Assembly: GCA_965113315.1 (NCBI GenBank)
Contig: OZ220367.1
Origin: Podarcis vaucheri
Lineage: Eukaryota
Strand: one strand, 5' to 3'
Length of the DNA: 64,000 bases
The notes below the pieces were generated by a model that saw nothing but the letters and a program-made list of their open reading frames with translations, was not told the origin of the DNA and did not search any database. The translations under genes were made by a program, and so were the position numbers. The stretch's first letter is position 1, and the number at the start of each line of letters is the position of its first letter. This document shows positions 27,901 through 39,900 of the stretch, piece by piece.

Positions 27901-30900
27901 ACAGATGTTAGTATAAAGGACTGAAAAGAAAGGGGGGAACTTGCAGTTACTGAACACTTTAATTTTATGGCTATCAATAAATATTCCCTGTACTTGGTTA
28001 TCTATGCAACAGAACAATAGTCATAATTCAAGGCCTACATTGTGTATCCGGAAAAGGCAGAGGGCTACAACATGGGCACACCATTTGGCCCCAGCTCCAC
28101 AAGTGCAGCTGCATGAGGTGATCCTGCATCTGTCAAACATCACTGCCACATTGTATGCTCCTTTTGGTGGTACCATCTGGGGAGGTACCACTGTGGCACT
28201 CAGATGGAAACCTGTTGGGAGAACAGGCCAAAGGTTATTGTCTGACACCGAAGCATGGTGATATAGCATTCAGCATAATAATAAAAAATACATACAAAAC
28301 TAACAGACCAATTATTTTAACTACACCTTTCCTTCTTCTTGCTCCAATCAAAATCTGGAATGTCTTATTTTGGCAACCGTAATTTATTTCAAAGATCAAT
28401 CGTCACTTCAATTTAATGAGAATAGGCTTTCAACACAGGTATGTTCAGTAGCAAAGATTTGTGCCTGGACTACAAAAACCCCCATTAAACAGAGTTTAGA
28501 TTCATTTCCTTTCTATTAACAACCATTAAATTGCACTTTAAAATTGTAAACACATTCATTCTCTCAATAGACCTGCTGCATTAACTGAGGCTAAGGCTTC
28601 CTAATAAACTCAGAGTCAACATGTGAACCTTTTGTCTTGCAGTGGATTATGCTGTCCAACCCATACCTAAAATTCCCAAGAAAAAAACATTGAGCCTCTT
28701 ATTGCATGTCTTATAACTGTGGCATAAAGTTAATCATGAAGGTGGGGGAAAGTATAACATAACTAATGGAACACAACCAGATGTTGCTGGTGAGCACATA
28801 TCATAAATGTTCCAGTCATGCTGCTCTCTGTTTTTGGGATTACTACAAAGCAAGCAAAAAAGTTCATAGATTCTAGAACTAATTTAGTAGTCCTAGCAAA
28901 AATCACCAGCTGAAACCTGCAGTGTTTCCAGGACTCCATCAAACTGAAACTGGGTCTGTTGAGCCACTTTTTTATATCTTTGTGGATCAGATCTGAATAA
29001 AGGAATCTTTATCTGGGTCCATCCCCCCAATCAGTCCTTCTGGATGAGAGCCCAATGGTACAGGCTGAGGCAGTGCATGCTGAGGCAGGACCTAACCATG
29101 TCATTCCAACTCAGAAACCTTTCTCTCCCAAACCTTCAAGGTAGGGTTTGTATCTGGGATAAGATTTCAGTTCTTCTCAGTACCAACATAAGGTAGATGT
29201 AAATACCTATCTGCAGTGGATCTTTAACAGCCCTCATTCGGAAGAGTTGCTCGCCTCTCTGGAACTCATCTGCACTGCCATTTGCCAAGCAGGAGTACAG
29301 CCTAGGAAAAACAAATCATTCTGTTGTTAAAATGTACTTCAGATGAGACAAAGAGCACTGCATTCTGGATCACTGGTCTTCATATTATAGGGAAGGACCC
29401 AGGACCATTTCCATTATGCAGCTGGGAACAATCTAATGGGCAGGATCCAACAAAGTAGTGCAAAGATTTCTGTTTGCTCAGTGGAAGTTCTCCTCCCTCT
29501 CCTCTCCCTGCGTGCACTGAATGCCCTCCCCAAATCTGCGCCAGATGAAACCCCCAGGACAGATTTTGGGGACATGTAGAAAAAGGAGAGGGAAGCCAGA
29601 AGTCCTTTCACTAACAAAACTACTTTTCTGGATGCAACACAATATCATTTTTTTATTAGCATACAACCTGATGAAGTGATCGTGAAAACATAAAAGCTTA
29701 CTCCCTCTTTGTAACATTTTTAATTGATTCTAATCAACAGATATTACTCTCATACGTTTATAGATTTTCCCCTAATGGGCCAATATGGCTACTTGATATT
29801 CCCTATTTCACTGATGGTGCGTCGAAGATAAAGTTAACTTTAAGCAGAAAAGAAACACGAAGAGAATTCTGAATGGCATTACCTGATGTCCTCTTCATTT
29901 TCTGGGAAGCTCCAAAAGGCAATACGAAGCTGCAGTTGTTCGGGCACAGGTGGGTAGACTTTCTCAACCACTTCAAATGGAATGTGAAATGCCACCTGTT
30001 TTGCTGACAACTCCACCAGCGGGATCACCAGCCCATCTAATACAACAAAGAATATCAGGTGAGGTTAGCTGAAACATGCAAAAATGATCTCATCACAAGT
30101 TCGATGCCTTATGAGGAACGGCTAAGGGAGCTGGGCATGTTTAGCCTGGAGAAGAGGAGGTTAAAGGGTGATATGATAGCCATGTTCAAATATATAAAAG
30201 GATGTCACATAGAGGAGGGAGAAAGGTTGTTTTCTGCTGCTCCAGAGAAGCGGACACGGAGCAATGGATCCAAACTACAAGAAAGAAGATTCCACCTAAA
30301 CATCAGGAAGAACTTCCTGACAGTAAGAGCTGTTCGACAGTGGAATTTGCTGCCAAGGAGTGTGGTGGAGTCTCCTACTTTGGAGGTCTTTAAGCAGAGG
30401 CTTGACAACCATATGTCAGGAGTGCTCTGATGGTGTTTCCTGCTTGGCAGGGGGTTGGACTCGATGGCCCTTGTGGTCTCTTCCAACTCTATGATTCTAT
30501 GATTCTATGATTTTTTGTTAGGCACAAAGCAAAAATTTCCCGTTTAAAATATACATATTTAGATGGCCTATCTAGCTTCAGTATGGCAAGATACTGCCCC
30601 ACACGGCTGACAACTAGATGGCACTGAAGGCCACCACCTCCTTTGTCTTTAAAAACAATCACAGAAAAGTTAAACAAGTAAAGTTTCTTACAGCACCACA
30701 ACTAGGGAAGTACATTGCCTCACTTCACTCACCCATTCCAGAACTAGGCACCCATCTTCTGTCAGGAGTCAATGCAAAAATAGCATTCTCCCTCAAAGAA
30801 CACAAGGTATTGAAAACTATTCAAAACAAGAGACAAACAGAGCCAAATAAACTGGCAAAGACACAACAAGCAGAAACGCTGAAGGTGAGGACACCACTAT

Positions 30901-33900
30901 GTTCCGATAAGGGTCCAGAGTTCAAACTGCACTTCACTGAACAATGAGATTGGGAGAGGGGTGTGTACGAGAAAGAGATAAGGGTTTAACTTGCTTTCTC
31001 TATCTCTATCTCATTCCTGCCTCTGCTCACTTCCAGAGGACAGTGTGCTAACTCAACTCTACCCTTCAATGCAGCAACTGCTAACATTCACAAGGCCAAG
31101 TCCCCGCACCCAATTCCTGCATACAGAGTTGTTGGTTAAGCTCTTTTCTTGCAAGTGTTGTGTATGAGCCACTGCACTTCTAACTCTCTGGGAGCCTTTT
31201 CCATGTATTTATAAGAAATTATCTCTTTGGGAGGAGATAAGCATTCAGAAATGCTACATTGCAGGGCCTGCAAGACGGAGCTGTTCTGCCAGACCTTTGG
31301 CCAAGGCACAGTCTGACCCCCTCCTTCTGTAATCCTCATAGAACTCTAACCCAATGGTTGACATTAATTCAATTCTGAATTGATTCTAGAATGCATTTTA
31401 ATTAATTGACTGTGCGATTTTATGTACATTCTGCTATTTTTACCTGTTGTTAGCCGTTCTGAGCCCGGCTTTGGCCGGGGAGGGCGGGATACAAATTAAA
31501 TAAAAATTATTACTATTATTATTATTATTTAGATAGCATATACCATCCTCTGAATAGCATTGTGATGGATTGGAGAAGGGGGAGCTTGCCTTACCGGTAA
31601 ACACATTTTTTGTATAATGGCCCCCACTTCTTCCCCAAAGAATTAGGATAGATTACTGCCAGGGAGAATGAAGCACCTCGTGCCACACACCCTAGTCTGT
31701 CTAAAGGTGTTTATGAGACCTATTTCTCAAGCTCCACCCCCCCATTCCAGTTCTAGGAAAAAAACTAAGAGGGAAGCTTTGATTTACTTTCCGAAAGCTA
31801 AAATTCCCACAAAACATTGTGAAATCTCTTCAGAACAAACAACAACACCTAAAGCTTAGCTGTACTATCTTAGTACCTGCATGAAAGGTTTTAATAAGAA
31901 ATTCCAGAAAATTGCCTTTTTAAACAATGAATGCAAATGTTAACATATAACAAATTTTATTAGTGTATAACAGGAAAGGAAAAGAGAAGACAACACCCAC
32001 ACACCCAGAATTGCAAATAAAACCAAATCAAGTCAATCTAACCTAGCTAGTTATTTGTTGCTTGCTTGAACAGGCTTGGGTTTGACAGCCTGCACATTTT
32101 CTGTCTTCCTGGGAAATCTTATCAGGAATGCAAAAGCAGAAGGAAAAGCCTTACGTATCTAAAGGAGTCTGAGACCAGTAAAAACTGGTCTCCGTTCCTA
32201 AGATGGGTTGTCATTTGGCCCAATCATGTATTAGAAACTCCATTTCTAGTATCACCAGTCTCGTTAGCCAATCAAAAAATGGAAGGGACTTCCACCTTCC
32301 TAACGACTCTGCTTGAAGTACAAAAGGCTTGTTAGGATTGTAAGAGCCTCCTGGATCAGGAAAATGCTGAATCTAGTCCAGCGTCTTATTCTCACAGTGG
32401 CCAACCACGTGCCTATGGGGCAAGATTCAAGGAGGTCCTGATCACAAGAGCACTCTCTCCCCTCCTGATGTTTCTAGCAACTAGTATTATAGATTAAGAG
32501 CTGCCATTAAGTCTGGCCACCTGTTTAAGGGGAGAGGGTTGATTGTTTACCAACTGCTACAGGTGCAATCGAAGTCTCAGCTGAATTAGTAACTTTCGCA
32601 CAATATGATAACTACTGAAAAAACATTTTGCCGAGTCACAAGGAAGGTTCTAACTGGAAGCTATCTAATTGGATAACATTAATTGGTATCAATGAATGGA
32701 TGACACAATTGTGGATTGCCAAAGTTTCAAAGTTGAAATTAATGTTCTTAGTTTCCTATCCCAATAAAGTGTGAGAGAATACATATATAATGATTTGTAA
32801 ATAGGAGGTAAAATAAATCAAATACATATATTGTAATAACATCTCAGACTGAAACTATTTAGTTTTGTTTACTAAATACAAAATGCACATGCTAACTATG
32901 CTCTATTTAAGGCACTGAACGTTTTTTAAGGAAGGTTTCCAACTCAAGGTTTTCTGAAAAACCAACATCACAGCATGCAACACTCACTATACTTTAAAAA
33001 TAATGCTCATATTAGTGGAACTATCATTAGAGATTGATATAATAAAATCAAACTTTCAGACTTTTATAGGAACTGCTTTGCTGCTTCTAGAACTTTTTAT
33101 TTAACGTGGCATTTATTTAACTTTACTCTTCAGCAAAAATACAAATTGCCCAAGCACATTTTTATACCCAGGAACAGTCCTTTTTCAACAGGTGAGCAAA
33201 TACGCCAATGAAATCATTCTATCCCTTGATTCTAGTTAGTAAGTCATAATAAGGCATTTCAGAGAAGTACACATAGTAAGTTTAGCATGAGAAACTATAC
33301 TCATTCACGGTTTCAGTGCATCTTTCAAAATGGTGCAATGATGTAATATGGGCTGGGATACAGCAGCAGTATCACAGGTTGGAAGGGCATTGCTACAATC
33401 TCATGGACATAAAATAGATCCATTTCCTTTTATTTATTTAGCAAATTTTTACACCACTTAATATAAATAAACAAAGTGGTTTACATAAAATGGTATAAAC
33501 TATCACAATAATAAAAATACACTTTAAAATAATAGCCATAATAAAAATTATCTATCTACAGGCACATAATAAAAACTGCATGTTTGGATAGCTTGTCTAA
33601 TAAAATGGGGTGGGGGATGGAGACATCCAACAGATGTGCTGGGACTGCACCCCAAAAAAACTAATTGCAATTTTTGCTTGGGGAGAACACAAGAAGATAC
33701 AGTTTCTGTATCTTGCATCTACCGTTTTCAATCTCAAGTTACCTACCTGTCAATAAACTCTCACCGCTCCACCAAATAAGCTCCTAGGCCATATCACAGG
33801 GTGGGAAATCCTTCCCATCCAGAAAACTACCCTGAAAACTGGTGAAGTACAATTCCTAACCTCTTCTCTTGTCCATTGGCTGGAATTCTGGCAGAATGCA

Positions 33901-36900
33901 CTAAATGGTTTATGAGCACATGCTGTATTTTCTCTGCCTATAACTACTTGGTCCATTCGACCTCTGTTCAGCCATTTATAATAGTTTTTCCAAGATTTAG
34001 GCAGAAGATACTAAAGTGGTGTGTCAGCAAAGAGGCCAAAGCCTGCCTTTATAAATTACTTGGTGTATTCTGCCTGAGGAGAGAGAAATCAGCATGGATG
34101 AGTTTCAGATAACAGAAAACAGCCTCACCTGCTACCAAAATAGTATCCCAACCTGAGATTTCAGGAACGACCTCCCCAGCTGCAGCTAATGATTCATTCA
34201 ACCCTTTGTGCTAGTTATTGCCATTGCGGCCTGCCTTCTAGGTGAAGAGGTTACAATCTCTAAGACAAATCAGGGTCTTCACATATTTTAACCCAGAAGG
34301 GCTAAAATATAAACTGCTTCACTAGCATGTTCGTTAGCATGCAAATATATTTGCATTTAATATTAAATACATTTGTATGCCACCCCTAACAAAGCTGTTA
34401 GTTATTCCAGGTCTCATACAAATAAACATGATGTAGTGTATGGGTGGATTTCCACCCATTTCAAAGCATGTTTAATCCTCATTGTTCTCCACTGTTTTTA
34501 TTTTTGCCACAACATTACCACCTCCTCTGTGAAAGGTTCACTTGTAGCATGGGTGAATAATCTTTTTGGGCAGATGGGCCAGTTCTTAATTTTTATCTCC
34601 CTCCAAGCCATGGGGCAATTTTGACCGTGGGTGGAGGCACCAACTTGACAATCATCTGATGTCATGGCCACTTCAGATGACCATCCCCTCACCCCTGCTT
34701 TATAACCTAACTTGCAGCACTGAACCCAAAGTGTGTCAACTGACTCTTTGTTTTGTTGTTGTCGTCATTACAACCTGGTAACTGTGATTGTCATATTTTC
34801 TCTCTGTTAAAGGTCATAAAGACTCTGCACTTTTAATAACTGCAAGGTTACAGTTTCAACAGGTGGAGCTTTTCATCACTGCACCTGTGTTCCAGGAAAG
34901 ATCCTCCTTTTACAATTTTGTCATGCAGCTGTTAAAGGCACACTTTTCCATCCGCATAAGACTTACTTCTTAAAAACAGGTAGAAATAGACTTCCATTAC
35001 TGTTCTCTATTCAGAACTTAAAAACAGGTAGAAATAGCCTTCCATTACTGTTCTCTATTCAGAACTTTTTTAAAAAAAGACTTCTGTTTTTATCAGTACT
35101 TGGAGACTACAATTAAGTGAAATTGGAGTTTTAAATTAGAATTTGAAGGCTACAATTCTAAAAATGTTTACCAGATAACTTGAAATCAGTATTTGGGAAG
35201 GGTGAGTTAAACCTCAGAGCCTAGGACTTGCTGATCAGAAGGTCGGCGCTTCGAATCCCCGTGACGGGGTGAGCTCCTGTTGCTCGGTCCCTGCTCCTGC
35301 CAACCTAGCAGTTCGAAAGCACGAAATGCAAGTAGATAAATAGGTACCGCTCCGGCGGGAAGGTAAATGGCGTTTCTGTGTGCTGCTCTGGTTCGCCAGA
35401 AGCGGCTTAGTCATGCTGGCCACATGACCTGGAAGCTGTACGCCGGTTCCCTTGGCCAATAAAGCGAGATGAGTGCCGCAACCCCAGAGTCAGTCACGAC
35501 TGGACCTAATGGTCAGGGGTCCCTTTACCTTTAATGTATGAACAGAGCTTGCCATCTAAGTGTCAACCTTTCACCCTTAATTTATTTTCCAGTGGGACCA
35601 CTGCTCCCTAGTACATGCCACTTTCTTACCCTCAAAGCCAGGCATAAGCAAACTTGGCCCTCCAGATGTTTTGGGACTACAACTCCCATCATTCCTAGCT
35701 AACAGGGACCAGTGATCAAGGACGATGGGAACTGTAGTCTCAAAACATCTGGAGGGCCGAGTTTGCCTATGCCTGCTCAAAGCCTCTCATACATCAAAGC
35801 AGCCCCTGATCCCACTCACAGCCAATCACTGGCATCTAAATCACTTTCTCCACTGCCACATGCTGCCACCATCCATTCCATATTCTTCATATCTGACAGT
35901 AAGTATGAGCAAAATACAAGTTTTGTAGTCTGCACTGCTCCATTTCAATGTTCCCCCTACACACCATGATACCTGCACAGCTTATATAAATGCGCATGAA
36001 ACAACCGGTATTAGCCACAGTTTGGTCATCACCACAATAATGACAGATGATTCGACAGTGTGGGTAGAATATGTTCACACCTTTTGGCTAGATTTCATAG
36101 TCCACCACTAATTGTGGACTTGGGGAGAAAAGTAGACAGCTGTGCAAGATTATGGAAAGGCTTGGATTCTTGCTGCTTCCAAGTGTTTGCATATTCTGAT
36201 AATATGACCCTTCCCCAAAGCCCTCTGCACAGGCCAGAGGACTTCATCTGTCCCACTTGGCACAAAGCAAGAGACCACTCTCTCTTCGGAGTTCTCTGCA
36301 ATGCACAACTCAAGAGGAAGGGAAAGGGTGTCATGATCTCCTGAAACAGGCTGTAATCAGGATAAATTCACAAGTGTCAATAATAATCTGACAGTCACAT
36401 TTGTGAAAATCTGCACATTGCAAACCCTGAATGGCTTGATAAGGTTGCCATTATTATTATAACTGATAGTCTTATTTTAAGATCACATATCATGCTTGCA
36501 GTTGCAACAGGTTCCCGGAAATTCAATTTTTCCAAACAAGAGACAAGGAGAAATTGTTTGCATTTTCATTTGACATGTTTAAAGTCCAGAGCTTATCTTT
36601 GCTGTGCTTATTTTTAAAACCATTTCAGTTCTTTCTTCAAGCAAAACTCTACGCAAAGATCTGCCTGCCCCAAATTCATAGCAAGTCCCAATTACACCCA
36701 CCAGAAAGAGTCAGTTAACTCACTCTAGTATTTTACAAGTGGTTTATTAGCTAATTAACCAGATTCAATAACAAAGTACAGTACATGTTTTGGAGATATT
36801 TTACAAGTATTTCTTGATATAAGAACAAGGCTGTCATATAAGCAGAAAGCTGTAACACTGCCCTTCAAGAAATGAGAGAGGGAGTAAGAATTCCTGCCTG

Positions 36901-39900
36901 CAGATTCCATTGATACAAAGCACAATCATTCCTCTGTCAAATGTCTTTCAGATCTGCTAGTAGTGCAGGGAGTGCCACTCTATATGCTAAACCTCTCAAC
37001 ATTGTAGTCTTCATGGATTCATTCTACCTAAATTTATTTTAAAACATTTACACTGTTACTTACTAGGAGAAAGTTGAACTGTTTACATAAATACCAAGGT
37101 TCCTACCTTTCTAAATTCCAAACCTTGGCAGTATTAAGATTATTAACGCTTTTGCTGGTTCTGTAATGGAACAAAAGCAAACATATGTAGGATTTAGGAT
37201 GAGAACCTGATAACCATCCACACAGCCTGGTCTGAATAATCTTAATTGGAATTGTAAGACTGATGCTGCCTGAAACAGCACCTGGTACAGGTAACACATC
37301 AAAACTACTGGGTTGTATTCAAACTGCACTAGTGGTCCGATCACACAACAGGAATTCTGTTTCTTCTCCTTCCAACCATTCATCCCCAAAATTTGTTTCA
37401 GAAGACCCATCACCCCTTCGAAGCTAATTTTAAAGATGTGGTGTAGCTGAAGAAGACAAAGAGAGAAAGCTCATTTTCATGAGCAGAAAGGCAGTAGTGG
37501 GTATGCCTCAGTCCCTTAAAAACCCTTAGACACTGTTATTCTCATTCTGAAGATAATGAATCAAAACTTTGATCTGGGCTTTGCTGAGGGCTAGCCAGAC
37601 AAAATTTGTCTGGCTGAGATTTCAACTCAAGTCTCATTACCTGCCCAGCTTACAATACTGAATAGTATCAAAGAGCAAACAAGTATGGATGGGCTGGGGA
37701 TTCAATTAGATGAACGTTACCTCCAAATCCCCCAAATTATATACATTTTCATGAAATCTTTATTTCAAGTTGTAACACTTATGTTATGCAGGAAGTATGA
37801 AGGGGATGTGTAAGTAAAGTACTTGCTCAAGTGTTAGTAAATAGACAAGGCAGACTAAAACAAAGTTACATGTAATTAAATTAGAAAAATCTTAATATAG
37901 AACCTCTCCATTTAGCCAAAAAGCCAAACACATAGTTAAGCCCAGAATAACCAGGAAGCATAACTTCCTTTTTCATTGTGCTGTAGACTAAATCTTCAGT
38001 GCTGTGGCCAATCTTTCTTTGCAAAGGAAATTGTGTCCTAGATCACTGACAACAGTATTCCATACTGATGCAATAAAGACAAAGAAGAAAACTGACATTG
38101 TGAATTCAGTTTTTCCATTTAAAGTAAACAGGCAGACTTGCCTCTGTAATGAGTTCAGCACCGAACAGTTTCAGTACATTCAGAACAGCTTTTTCATGTA
38201 ATCCATCAGATACTCAATTCTTTGATCCTGAAAGTAGATTCTGTTACCATATTATGTGTTGCCACATTGCGCTTTTTCACAATCTAATATCACCGTTAGC
38301 ATGAACAACCTTCTTCAAAATAACAAAATTAATTCTATGCAGTTTATGAAGTAATACTTTTTACACTGAAGTATTTGGGCAATAAGACCTGATACTGGAT
38401 AAGAATATTTCTTTAATCAACTTCAAGACATCCTACTGACCTACTGTTTGTTGAAACTTCTACATTTTGCTACTCTGCATCATAAGGCACAAACATTTCT
38501 AGCAGATGGCAACTAGTGTCCATTCAAGTATTATAGCTCATTTCCATCTCACTTCATTCCTCATCCTTGTTTGTAACACTATAAAATGCAGTGCAAAAAT
38601 CAAAGGAAGTTAAATGTAACTATGGACAAGTGACAGAATTCATTAAGATGAATTAAGCTTCACTGAAAAAGCTACAGAAGTCATTTCTGAATACTATAAG
38701 GGCTAAAGCATGTACCAATAACTACCTCTCCAAGACTTCAGAGTCAATGGTGAATTACAGGATTCTGGGAGGACCTTGTGTTTCTCCACTGGCATAACTG
38801 AAAAAAAGAACCCTAATAAGCCTATCTCATTTCTAAGGGATCACTTCACACTAGTGAACCAAACATGCAAATCTCCTGATTAATAGTAGACTGGGCAAAA
38901 AAAGTACAGCCATTCAAGAACTCCTTGCAAAATGAAGCTGAGGGGTTGGGGAGGTTTTTAAGCTCAAGGGTCATATTCCCCTGTAAGCAACTTTCTGGAG
39001 GCCACATGGTGGTGGTGGGCAAGGTCAGAGGCAAAATATGTGTGGGACCAGAGTTAAAAGAGGACAAACAAACAGATTCTGAGATTGGTGCAATAGGCTA
39101 CACACAGGCATGCAAAATACAGGTTTCTACACAAACATAAGTCTGTTTTCACCCTCCATCAAGCAACACACAAGGATTATTACAGTTCAAGGACCCATGC
39201 CAACAAGGCAAAAGTACTTGAGGAGGATGTAGTCAGGCCTAGCGAGCAGTGAGACTTGGGTAGAAGTAACACGGCCTGGGAGAGTCTCGAGGCCCAGATG
39301 GAGAAGACTGGAGGGCCACATTTGACCCCTGGGTCTGAGGTTCTCCACCACTGATGTAGCTATACCAAGCATGTGTTTTAGAACATGTATCCAAGCTACT
39401 GCCATTATACTTTTATAGTTTAAAAAAACACAAGTGTTCACTAGTGTATTAGACTTGTACCAAGGAGAATTGGGTTCAACCCACCATGCAGCCACGTAGC
39501 TCACTGGTGACCTTGGGTCAGATGCTAAAGCTAACCCAGCCTAACCTATCCCAAGGAGCTGTTATGAAGACAGAAATGAATAGTCCCATTTATACCCATG
39601 TACTCCTTAGTTTAAAAAACAAAGTTTATTAGTAAATGCATTTCATTAACAATTTCCTGCTCCCCACTTCTCCAATCCCCATGGCTTTCAATGCTTTCTT
39701 TCTAGCTAGGAGGTGGAAATTTAACAATTTTACCTCGAACAATTCAATTTTCCACCAAATCCATGGAGGTTGTCACTTTAAGTGGAAAGAAAGGCCATGG
39801 CACCAGGCAAAATACCATTATTTCCAAAGAAGGGACAAACTCAAACATTTTCTAAAAGCAACACAAGTTACCTTCTGGTCTGTGATCACAAGCTCTGAGT

